A stretch of DNA of 64,000 nucleotides, from positions 250,108,001-250,172,000 of the forward strand of contig NW_027362772.1 of NCBI RefSeq assembly GCF_046119375.1, read 5' to 3'. The DNA comes from Phyllobates terribilis. Its lineage: Eukaryota. Below, piece after piece: positions 25,801 through 34,730 of this stretch. How positions within the stretch are numbered: position 1 is the stretch's first letter; each line of letters opens with the position of its first letter. The notes below the pieces were generated by a model that did no database searches, was not told where the DNA came from, and saw only the letters and a list, made by a program, of their open reading frames with translations. Made by a program: the position numbers and the translations under genes.

Positions 25801-26291
25801 CCTTCCATGTATCTCTTCTCAAACCCGTGGTACTTAACTCCTTTTCCAAGTCTACAGGTACGCCTCCTGCTCCGGTTTCTGCTGAAGACGAGTTTGAGGT
25901 AGAGAACATTCTGGCCACCAAAAGGGTAAGAGGAAAGACCTTTTTTCTAGTGGATTGGAAGGGGTTTGGTCCTGAGGAGAGAACATGGGAGCCCCGGGAG
26001 AACATCCATGCCCCTCTCATCCTTGCTAAATTTCTGTCTGGCCTAAAAAAGGGGGGGCCTAAAGGGGGGGGTACTGTAGCGTCGGCGTCCCTGCCTCCTG
26101 CTAGGCAGGGACGCTGTTCCCCTCACCTCTCTGCTCCGTGCCCGGCGGCTTCCTCCCGCTCTGCTTGCAGCGCCCGCTCTCCCCCGGTCACTGTGCTTAG
26201 GGCGCGCGCGCGCTACCCCTCTCTTAGAGGGGCCGCACGCGTCGCCCTAAGGAGTCCCCGGCCAATGGCCGGAGGATCCCTCCATATATAA
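22875..26291 (+). CDS. pol: Pol (protease, RT, RNase H, integrase, chromodomain); reached from gag by -1 frameshift at about 22806
   Basis: LDSGA protease; RT with YLED in place of YLDD; VDASSSG RNase H; HHCC and DDE integrase; chromodomain EFEVENIL...FLVDWKGFGPEERTWEP. The frame runs into the 3' LTR. Confidence 0.95.
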   Translation: MLSVSIFCGENRYFELAQLDSGAAGNLISQSLVEKYHIPTKPLAVPLSVAAVDGGLLPHPIQLITESLTLQVGMLHSESISFHVLPGLSHALLLGLPWLQKHAPVLDWQTGEVLRWGQDCHKICLVPVRPARPSPTPANLPGLPVPYWSYADVFNKKEAETLPPHRPYDCPIDLMPGSTPPRGRIYPLSTAETRSMSEYIEENLARGFIRKSTSPAGAGFFFVKKKDGSLRPCIDYRGLNQITVKNKSPLPLIPELFDRLRGARIFTKLDLRGAYNLVRIRQGDEWKTAFNTRDGHYEYLVMPFGLCNTPAVFQELVNDIFRDLLYSCVVVYLEDILVFSPDLPTHRRDVRQVLLRLRQNHLYAKYEKCIFEHTSLPFLCYIISQTGLQMDPEKLSAIQKWPRPKGLKAIQRFLGFANYYRLFIPHFSSRTAPISALTRKGTNPREWPPEAEEAFLSLKQAFLSASVLHRPDGNKQFFLEVDASSSGAGAVLTQKSSSGRKVTCGFFSKLFSSSERNYSIGDRELLAIKMALEEWRYLLEGALHPVIIYTDHKNLAYLQSAQRLNPRQARWSLFFARFDFILHFRPADKKIKADALSQSFLVSDLEEEPKHIIDPARVMQVAPVGLNRLPPGKTFVTESDREKILHWGHSSKLAGHAGQKKTLQLITRHYWWPTLHKDVIDFVSACVSCARNKVPRHLPAGRLLPLPVPAAPWQHIAMDFITDLPVSAGCTVIWVVADRFSKMAHFIPLPGLPSAPELAKDFIRHIFRLHGLPLHIVSDRGVQFTSRFWRATCKLLDVTLDFSSAYHPQSNGQVERINQNLTSYLRHFVNAHHSDWVDLLPWAEFSYNNHESESSSKSPFFVVFGQHPRIPFPVSTSVDNPAAESLVSKFSSIWESTRSALLQSSERMKRHADKKRLDSPQFRPGDKVWLSSKYVRLKIPSYKLGPRFIGPLEVIKQINPVAYKLKLLANLRIPNSFHVSLLKPVVLNSFSKSTGTPPAPVSAEDEFEVENILATKRVRGKTFFLVDWKGFGPEERTWEPRENIHAPLILAKFLSGLKKGGPKGGGTVASASLPPARQGRCSPHLSAPCPAASSRSACSARSPPVTVLRARARYPSLRGAARVALRSPRPMAGGSLHI

Positions 26292-27119
26292 GGCACCTCC
26301 TCCAAAATGGAGGTGCCCGAGCAATGTTGTTGCACTGTTCACTACTCTGCTTCAGCCCTCAGGTCCTGTTTCCAGTTACCTGCCAGTTACCTGCCAGTTA
26401 CCGGCCAGTTTCCTGCCAGTTTGCTGTCTGATTCCTGCCTGTTATCCGCTTACCCGTTTGCTAGCCTGAGGTCCGACGGTCTGCCTTCCGACTCCTGTCA
26501 GTCTGTCTATGGACCAGCTTGCCCGCTCACCTGGGAGCGCTCATCTGCTACCTGCCTGTTAGCCTACCTGGAGGCTCCGCCGTCACGTGCTGTGACCACC
26601 TGCCAGCCCAGAGACTCTTGCCCGCTCACCTGGGAGCGCTCATCTGCTACCTGCCTGTTAGCCTACCTGGAGGCTCCGCCGTCACGTGCCGTGACCACCT
26701 GCCAGTCCAGAGACTCTTGCCCGCTCACCTGGGAGCGCTCATCTGCTACCTGCCTGTTAGCCTACCTGGAGGCTCCGCCGTCACATGCTGTGACCACCTG
26801 CTTATCCAGAGACTCTCGCCTGCTCACCTGGGAGCTCTCATCTGCCATCTGCCTGCTAGCCTACCTGGAGGCTCAGCCGTCACAGGTCGTACCTGCCCGT
26901 TTACCCAGAGACTGTCCCGGTCACTTGCTGTGACCTCCTGCCCGTTTACCCAGAGACTGTCCCGGTCACTTGCCGTGACCTCCTGCCCGTTTACCCAGAG
27001 ACTGTCCCGGTCACCTGCTGTGACTGCCTGCCTGTCTTCCCTGGTCGCCACCCGCTTCCTTACAAGGACCGCCCCCTTGTATAAGTTGCTCAGAGGTTCC
27101 GCCTCCCAGACCCGTTACA
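26075..27119 (+). repeat. 3' LTR (1045 bp) containing 99-bp x3 and 45-bp x3 units
   Basis: Follows the PPT AAAAAAGGGGGGG...GGGGGGGG; one unit fewer of each array than the 5' LTR. Confidence 0.95.
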
Positions 27120-27862
27120 CATAGTCTCTTTTGGGTTCTTTAGAACCTCTCCCCCTCATACTCTGCACTTGGTATAAAACCCACCCGCATCTTCATTATT
27201 TCCCAAAAAAATTCAGATTCTGGCTAAACTGAAATATTTGGGATTCGATTTGCACAAATTTTCATACTGGGATAACCAAAGCCTCATTAGGAGGATTGAG
27301 GAGTTACAGTGGAGGCGACGTAAGGAGTCAGGTGAGGAGCTAAAACAGGTGAGTATCATGTGTTTTTTTAAACCATTTTTTCCCCTCCTTTAATTATGCT
27401 CTGGGGTCAGGAAGGACCTGAGAACATAATAAATGTATTTTCATGTGCATCAGGGCACTCTCTATCAAGTCCGATATTGACTCAGACCGAATTAAATCTT
27501 ACCGAAACGAATTTGGTAAATTCGCCCATTTCTACATCTAATACTAAGTCTTTTAAAGCCAAACACATTCGCCATCACAAAATCTGATGAGAAGAGATTT
27601 TCATAGTCTCACGCTCTTACAGTAAAGATTCCTTACTTTCTAGATGTACTAGTTTTCCTCTGGTTATAGTTGCAGTCCTGGGTACAAAAAGAATACTAAT
27701 ACCAAATAATTGAAACAGGTTTCCTAGGATCAGGCAATATTTGCCCAAAAGGAGGAATGGACTAAAATAGTAAAAGACCAAGTACCCACCTGTTTTATGT
27801 CCTTGCAGTTGCAGTGTTGCTGCCAATCTAGTCTTAGTTTTGCACCACTCTCTGTTTCTTAA

Positions 27863-28446
27863 AGCAAACCTGTCACCAGGTTTGACCGATATGGGTCTAT
27901 ACATTATCTACACAGTCTTCTGACAAGGGCAGAGCAAAGTACTGCAGTGTGCAGGCGCCAGGAAAGGTTAAAGTACTGCAGTGTGCAGGCGCCGGGAAAG
28001 GTCAAAGTACTGCAGTGTGCAGGCGCGGGGAGAGGTCAAAGTACTGCAGTGCGCAGGCACCGGGAAAGGTCAAAGTACTGCAGTGCGCAGGCGCCGGGAA
28101 AGGTCAAACAGCCACGGCGCCTGCGCACTACAGTACTTTAGAAATGCCCTTGTCAAGGCAGAGAAATACGTCTGTGCAGAAGCGCTATGGCGGGGAACAC
28201 TATGTGTACGACGTTATTCACATGAAGCAAGAAGGAGATCGGCATTAATAGAAGAAGGGAGGCACCGGAGCAGGACAAGCGACACCCATCAGACCGGACC
28301 GCCCACCAGGTGAGTATAACTGTAGCTCTTTTCTTGTCTTTCAGGCCAGATCGGGGGCATATATACAGCATTATAGAATACTGTATATGAGGGCTGAAAG
28401 GTGGTGGCCGTATCTCATATCAGTCAAACCTGGTGACAGGTTCCCT
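27863..28446. mobile_element. TTAA-type MITE with an internal 34-bp x5 tandem array
   Basis: TTAA-AGCAAACCTGTCACCAGGTTTGAC ... GTCAAACCTGGTGACAGGTTCCCT-TTAA; array units start at 27936, 27970, 28004, 28038 and 28072. Confidence 0.85.
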
Positions 28447-28898
28447 TTAAATGTAATTTTCTGATGTGAAGCTGTTCACAGTGAGTCTCTCTGCTGCGAT
28501 CTCCAACTTTTACTTCTAATCTGCAAGGGAAATTAGCAGAATGTGTTCAATTTTTCTGCTGCGCCACCCCAGGGGAAACTAAGAATTACACGATCGATAC
28601 CCACTGATATTACGGCTTCCCGACATCTGCCATAGCTTTCCAGCATTGAAGCCAGACAAATGGTCTTTGGCCTCCTTGACACGTCCGTGTTTCCAGGATG
28701 TGTGGTATCTGTTTTTTTTTACGGATACCACGTGTACCCATGATAACCTGTGGTGATCTTCACATGTCCGTGTTTTTACACAGACCGTGTGTCCATGCAA
28801 AACACATGGAGAAATGTCTGGTTTTTTTTCGTCAGTCCGGATGACAAGAGCCAATGCAAGTCTATGGATTCATGAAAAACACGTACAGCACATGGATG

Positions 28899-30114
28899 TG
28901 ACGCGCCCCCTGGGCCATGTTCAAGAGACACCCGGAGCCGGATCTGGATAGGGGTAGTAGTCCGTGTGGCGGTGACCCGGTCCGTGCCCAGGGTGGTCAA
29001 ACTAAGTGTGTGGCAGTCTTTGTAGATGTTGTTTGAGTGCCGACTACGCCACCCGTTGATTGCGGCTAGGAGGCCGCCGCTGCAGAGCAGACCGCTGAGG
29101 CCGGTGGTAGGTTTGTGCAGCAAGGATGGTATAACCCCCAACGGGAGGGGTATGGCCTCAGGGCAGCAGATGTGGAAGTTGGTGGTAGTGATGGTGCAGC
29201 AAGGAAGCTCAGAGACAGGTGATGCAGTTTCAGGGTTTTTACTCACAGGTGTTGCTCCGGTCACTCCGGCCTTGAGTGACCACCCGAGCCGTGCTGCGTC
29301 CACCAGGTGTGGGACTCGGCCAACTCCCAGGCAATCCAGAGCGTGGTCCTGAGCTCCCTTCTCTCTCTCTCTCTGCTGGCCGTTCCCACCAGGGATCCAC
29401 CTTTGTCCGGCTCCCTCGGGCCTCTTGGTGGTAAAACCTTCTCTGGCTTTCCTGACCATATTCGTGGTGTGCCTTCCTGGTGGATGTGGTGAGGGTCGTG
29501 GCAAAACTTAACCACGACCTCCGGTTCCTGGCTAAGGATCATTAGCCTCTGCCAGTTAGGGTTCCGGTACCCGTTTCTGCCAACCCTTCACCCTTCTGGT
29601 TTACTTCTGGGATCTTAGGGTTCCCTCTTGTCTTGTGTCTCTGGGCCTTTCTTCCTCCTTCTCTCCACTACAGGCCTGGCCCTGGAGCTGGGCCCAGCCG
29701 GAGCCACAGCTCCCTGTCAGCCCTCCTGGCTGAGCTCCTCTGCTCTGCTCCTCCTCAGTCTGACTGACCCTGTCCTAAGATGGTGCCCACCATATATACT
29801 CCCTCTATGTGTGAGCCCAGGTGACTAGCACCCAATGGGCTCCTACCTCTATGCCCAGAGTCCCTCCCCTATCTGCCCCTACACTACTGGGATGTTCCCC
29901 CCCCCCTCCCACTCCAGCCAGGGACAGACGCTGTCGTACCTGCACATCTAACTGGTGGGAGTACCGTAGTTCTGTCCCCCGGAAATGGGATGAGTGTAGT
30001 GCATGCAGCTGTCTGAGCTCAGTCCCACACTCCATCCTTACCCGGGAGTGGAATACCACACCTCTGGAGTGAGGTGCAATACCCCTGTAGCAGCCGAGTC
30101 CTCAGGGTGCTACA
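28899..30114 (-). repeat. 3' LTR of the CSD element
   Basis: Direct repeat of 32565-33780; preceded in element orientation by the PPT CCAGGGGGGAA. Confidence 0.95.
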
Positions 30115-30700
30115 TTCCCCCCTGGTAAATCACAGCACGTCCTCGGGCTGTAAAAGAATAAAAACATACCAAAACATACAAACTTTTTAAAACATACACT
30201 AACATATAAAACATTATAAACACATATAATATGACAGGTAACTTCTCATATATTATTTTAGCAATATAACTTTTGATATAAAACTTTTCATATAAAATGT
30301 TCTTAAGCTTCTGGCCACTGTGCAAATTGTGACCAGGTAAAGGGCCACAGTCACTAGAAGAAAACAGCAGTTTTCCTATAAAACCGGTAGGGGGCGCCTT
30401 GGGAAGCGCAACTATGTACAGGTTATGGCCGCTCTCAGTCCTCGGCCAGGTAGAGGGAAAGAACGACCGCTCTCAGTCCTCGGTCAGTGGGGATAAGGGA
30501 TGGCTGCTCACAGTCCTCAGCCTGTGGGGAAAAAGGGATGGCTGCTCACAGTCCTCAGCCTGTGGGGAAAAGGGGCACACAGGTAACAGTTCACACTAGT
30601 CCCAACGGGGACCACACTTCACTTAGCAGCAATTCACATAACAGTTCTTGTAACAGTTCTCATACCCCGACGGGTAACTTTATACAGTTCTCTTTACCGT

Positions 30701-32590
30701 TCAGTGGTAACGATGCCCTCCTGCTCCTTCCTGAAGGTAATTTTCAGACCCGTCCGGGTCCTCTTGATCTCCCTCGTACCGCAGCTCTTCTTCCGTCAAT
30801 CGGTGCACATGAAGGGCGTATGCTCCTTTGGCACACTGATGCCGGGTGAAGGTGACCTCGTCACCCAGGTAAAGGTCACGACCACGGTGTCCCTCCGGCA
30901 GATGAGACTCGACATCCCTGCGGGTGACAAAGACGTCGCCGGGGGTTCTGTGATCCCTGATAAAGCCCCAACCGTGCTCCAGTTGGAACTTGATTACAGT
31001 CCCGGTGGCGCGGGGACCGTGGGCTGCACGGGGGTTTCGCCGGGTCCGGCTTTTCTGCTCCGCACTTTGGACCTGCAGCCGCTCCTCGCGGATCCGCCTC
31101 TCTCGCCGTTCCCTCTGAAAGACCTCCAGCTGCTGACGGCAGCACTCCGCACGCTGGGCTGCGGCCGCCCGGGTCTCTTGGGTGAACCCCATGAGGTTTT
31201 CGCCGGTGGGGTCCCATTCGAACTGCGCCTCCTCCAACGGGAGTGGGGTTATCTTGGCGGGCGCCGGAGCCGGGATCAGGGGCTCACATAGGGGTCTTTC
31301 CTTCCGGAGTCGGAGATTGAGGTACTCCGGTGGCCACTCAAAGGGCTGCCCATCCGGGCAAGTATGTTGCGTGAACAGGTCTTCACCCAAGGGTAGCACA
31401 GTGGAGGTTGAGGGCGCGGTGGTGGTAGCGGCGCCCGGATGCACCAGGCCTTGCGACCAGGCCGGTGGCACCCTAAAGGTGAAGGGCACTGTGGAGACGG
31501 CGGCGCCCGGGGGTACTCGGCCTTGCGACCAGGCCGGTGGCGTTTCCTGCTTGGCCGCGCTCAGGGTCAAGGCGTGTGACGTCACAGGGGGCGTGGCCGC
31601 GGCTCCTGCCGCTTGAGGCCTAGTTTGGAGCGGTGGCGGTGTAGCAACAGGAACGATCAGTGGGACTTCGGGCTCTGCGACGGGGAGCTGGGGCAGGCTT
31701 ACGGCTTCTGGGCTCGGGGTGATGACGTCCCCTTTACCTGCTTCCATCTCTTCAGCTCCTTCCACGGCGTCGTCTCCGGCCTTCGTCCCTCCTGCACCAT
31801 CCTCAGAGGCAGGCGTGCTCCTCGTTGTGGGTGGCGTCCTATGCTGGCGGGTTCCAGCCTGCAGGGCCATTTCTCTGCTCCACTCGGCCAGTACTTCTTG
31901 CTGCACTCGGGCCATCTTCCGAGCCAAGCCCTCCAGCGCGGTCTGTGCATGCTCCCGATCTTTGGGGAGCTGTGCCAGGATCTCCACCAGGCCTTCTGGG
32001 GTGGCGGCCTGCAGCAGGCTCCTGACCATCGGGTCGGTGCTGCCTGACTCTCCCTCCATCTCCGGGTGCGTTCTCTCCAGACTCCTCCAGGCTGCACCCA
32101 TCCTCTCTCTTTTGTTCTTGATCCGCCCATACTGAGGGCGGTCCTGGGGCAACTTGGTGATTGTCAGTTCCAGGGGCAGCCCTCTCACGCTGATGGACAT
32201 TTCTACCATTGCAGTCTCTGCTGGTGGGGGCGGTTTCCGCTTTTGGCGCCATTCCTGGACCTGGCCCACGATGGGAGGTGGCCTCTTGCCACCCTCTGGC
32301 ACGCCCATAATGGCGTCCGCTCTGCCAGGGCGGGAAATCGTCTCAGATGGCGGGAATTGTCTCTTTATGGCGGGAAACTCCGTGGATGGCGGGAAAAGGC
32401 TGCAGATGGCGGGCAAACGACGGGAAACGACCCGAGATGGCGTCCGATGGCGGGGACCCTCCGGAATTGGCGGGAGACTCCTTTTTACGGTAAATGTGAA
32501 CTTTTCTTCAGGCACGCAGTACCCGGTGGTTGCGGGCACGTAATCCTGCCGACTACGCCAAAGTTGACGCGCCCCCTGGGCCATGTTCAA
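30701..32590 (-). CDS. Retroelement accessory protein with a C-terminal cold-shock (CSD/OB-fold) RNA-binding domain and acidic tail
   Basis: 629-codon open frame; the first ATG lies in the LTR, and the internal Met at 32308 gives 535 aa. CSD at 30797-31012: TGTVIKF..EHGWGFI (RNP1-like) ..GDVFVT (RNP2-like) ..L.LGDEVTF...KGAYALHV. Preceded by an R/E-rich helix. Confidence 0.8.
   Translation of the reverse strand: MNMAQGARQLWRSRQDYVPATTGYCVPEEKFTFTVKRSLPPIPEGPRHRTPSRVVSRRLPAICSLFPPSTEFPAIKRQFPPSETISRPGRADAIMGVPEGGKRPPPIVGQVQEWRQKRKPPPPAETAMVEMSISVRGLPLELTITKLPQDRPQYGRIKNKRERMGAAWRSLERTHPEMEGESGSTDPMVRSLLQAATPEGLVEILAQLPKDREHAQTALEGLARKMARVQQEVLAEWSREMALQAGTRQHRTPPTTRSTPASEDGAGGTKAGDDAVEGAEEMEAGKGDVITPSPEAVSLPQLPVAEPEVPLIVPVATPPPLQTRPQAAGAAATPPVTSHALTLSAAKQETPPAWSQGRVPPGAAVSTVPFTFRVPPAWSQGLVHPGAATTTAPSTSTVLPLGEDLFTQHTCPDGQPFEWPPEYLNLRLRKERPLCEPLIPAPAPAKITPLPLEEAQFEWDPTGENLMGFTQETRAAAAQRAECCRQQLEVFQRERRERRIREERLQVQSAEQKSRTRRNPRAAHGPRATGTVIKFQLEHGWGFIRDHRTPGDVFVTRRDVESHLPEGHRGRDLYLGDEVTFTRHQCAKGAYALHVHRLTEEELRYEGDQEDPDGSENYLQEGAGGHRYH
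32542..32560 (-). promoter_or_regulatory. Primer-binding site complementary to the tRNA-Ser 3' end
   Basis: TGGCGTAGTCGGCAGGATT (19 nt) matches vertebrate tRNA-Ser(AGA/TGA) ...AATCCTGCCGACTACG-CCA; 4 nt downstream of the 5' LTR. Confidence 0.88.
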
Positions 32591-33780
32591 GAGACACCCG
32601 GAGCCGGATCTGGATAGGGGTAGTAGTCCGTGTGGCGGTGACCCTGTCCGTGCCCAGGGTGGTCAAACTAAGTGTGTGGCAGTCTTTGTAGATGTTGTTT
32701 GAGTGCCGACTACGCCACCCGTTGATTGCGGCTAGGAGGCCGCCGCTGCAGAGCAGACCGCTGAGGCCGGTGGTAGGTTTGTGCAGCAAGGATGGTATAA
32801 CCCCCAACGGGAGGGGTATGGCCTCAGGGCAGCAGATGTGGAAGTTGGTGGTAGTGATGGTGCAGCAAGGAAGCTCAGAGACAGGTGATGCAGTTTCAGG
32901 GTTTTTACTCACAGGTGTTGCTCCGGTCACTCCGGCCTTGAGTGACCACCCGAGCCATGCTGCGTCCACCAGGTGTGGGACTCGGCCAACTCCCAGGCAA
33001 TCCAGAGCGTGGTCCTGAGCTCCCTTCTCTCTCTCTCTCTGCTGGCCGTTCCCACCAGGGATCCACCTTTGTCCGGCTCCCTCGGGCCTCTTGGTGGTAA
33101 AACCTTCTCTGGCTTTCCTGACCCTATTCGTGGTGTGCCTTCCTGGTGGATGTGGTGAGGGTCGTGGCAAAACTTAACCACGACCTCCGGTTCCTGGCTA
33201 AGGATCATTAGCCTCTGCCAGTTAGGGTTCCGGTACCCGTTTCTGCCAACCCTTCACCCTTCTGGTTTACTTCTGGGATCTTAGGGTTCCCTCTTGTCTT
33301 GTGTCTCTGGGCCTTTCTTCCTCCTTCTCTCCACTACAGGCCTGGCCCTGGAGCTGGGCCCAGCCGGAGCCACAGCTCCCTGTCAGCCCTCCTGGCTGAG
33401 CTCCTCTGCTCTGCTCCTCCTCAGTCTGACTGACCCTGTCCTAAGATGGTGCCCACCATATATACTCCCTCTATGTGTGAGCCCAGGTGACTAGCACCCA
33501 ATGGGCTCCTACCTCTATGCCCAGAGTCCCTCCCCTATCTGCCCCTACACTACTGGGATGTTCCTCCCCCCCTCCCACTCCAGCCAGGGACAGACGCTGT
33601 CGTACCTGCACATCTAACTGGTGGGAGTACCGTAGTTCTGTCCCCCGGAAATGGGATGAGTGTAGTGCATGCAGCTGTCTGAGCTCAGTCCCACACTCCA
33701 TCCTTACCCGGGAGTGGAATACCACACCTCTGGAGTGAGGTGCAATACCCCTGTAGCAGCCGAGTCCTCAGGGTGCTACA
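32565..33780 (-). repeat. 5' LTR of the CSD element
   Basis: TGTAGCACCCTGAG ... GGCCCAGGGGGCGCGTCA in element orientation. Confidence 0.95.
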
Positions 33781-34238
33781 GATGCCATCCATGTGCCATC
33801 CGTGTGTTGTCCGTGTGCCGTTCGAGTTTAGCATTGCAAATTGTAGGAGAAGCTTTGTAATTCATTTCTTTCTTAATCCATATCGGAAAAACACTGATGA
33901 CACTGATGGTAAAAAACGGACACACGGATGACTCACTGACGAAAAACACTGATGGCACCGGTACTGGTATGTCATGTAAATGTGTGAAAAGTGAAAAAAA
34001 AATAATACAATGGTAAAAAAAAACACAAAAGATTATTTCGCCTATTAAATTTTTTTTTTAGAGGTCTAAAAGTAAATAATTGCCATTAGCGTGTCTGCAA
34101 TAATACAAACTATAAAATGATCATTTTATTTATCCAGCATGGTGAAAGTCATAAAAACCAACTAAATAACAATGCCACCGTTGCTTCATTTTTTTCATCC
34201 CACCTCTCAAAAAAAAAAATTCAAAAAAAACAAAATAA

Positions 34239-34730
34239 GGCTATGTGCAGACTAAGTTTATTTCAAAATGTTAAAATTGATGAATTTTCGAGTGGAAACT
34301 GCTTCAAGAAAAGCTCCTTTATTGGGGGTGTTTTTGGAGAAGTTTTTCTTTTCCTGAAGCATTTCCTGAATCAGTTCTGGGGTGCAACATGATATTTTTA
34401 ATCCAACGGTGAAGCCACGAGACTTTACTGTCATAAAGCTGTTTCAGAAAAAAGTCAATGTCTTTTTTCTTAAAGCGGCTCTGCCGGTGGTTTAGAGGTC
34501 ATTTCATGGCGGTGCCGGCATCTTTTTCCTTCCAAACAAAGCCGTCCAAAGAATAAACATATTACTTATATTAACTTTTTACTTTTTTTTCAGGGTTTCC
34601 GAACCCTGAGAAGTGACATAAGTCGAAACATGTGCACAGCAATGTCACTTTTTGTGACAGTTTCGCTGCGCTTTTTCAGGTGGATTCGAGGTGGTATCCA
34701 CCTGAAAAAGACATTTTGTGCACAAAGCAT
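34239..34730. mobile_element. Degenerate MITE (PIF/Harbinger-like termini)
   Basis: TAA-GGCTATGTGCAGAC left end, GTGCACAAAGCA-TTAA right end; partial internal inverted blocks. Confidence 0.45.

Larger units (their letters stand above)
20671..27119 (+). mobile_element. Full-length Ty3/Gypsy chromovirus (Tf1/sushi group) LTR retrotransposon
   Basis: LTRs 20671-21860 and 26075-27119 (TG...CA); 5-bp TSD CATAG at 20666-20670 and 27120-27124; gag and pol open; polypurine tract directly before the 3' LTR. Confidence 0.97.
28899..33780 (-). mobile_element. Pol-less (non-autonomous) Gypsy-type LTR element encoding a cold-shock-domain protein
   Basis: Two 1216-bp LTRs (28899-30114, 32565-33780; four substitutions seen by eye); 4-bp TSD GATG at 28895-28898 and 33781-33784; tRNA-Ser PBS; PPT; 2450-bp interior with one long ORF and no RT/IN motifs. 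Confidence 0.93.

Noticed and set aside
30797-31012. Host YBX/LIN28 gene or processed pseudogene
   Set aside because: Lacks the near-invariant vertebrate Y-box/LIN28 residues (KWFN, DVFVHQ) and flanking domains, and is embedded in an LTR element with PBS, PPT and TSD.
32542-32560. tRNA-Ser sequence match
   Set aside because: Only the 3' 19 nt including CCA, next to an LTR. It is a primer-binding site, not a tRNA gene.
30701-32590. env-like third ORF or endogenous retrovirus
   Set aside because: No signal peptide, furin site or transmembrane segment is visible.
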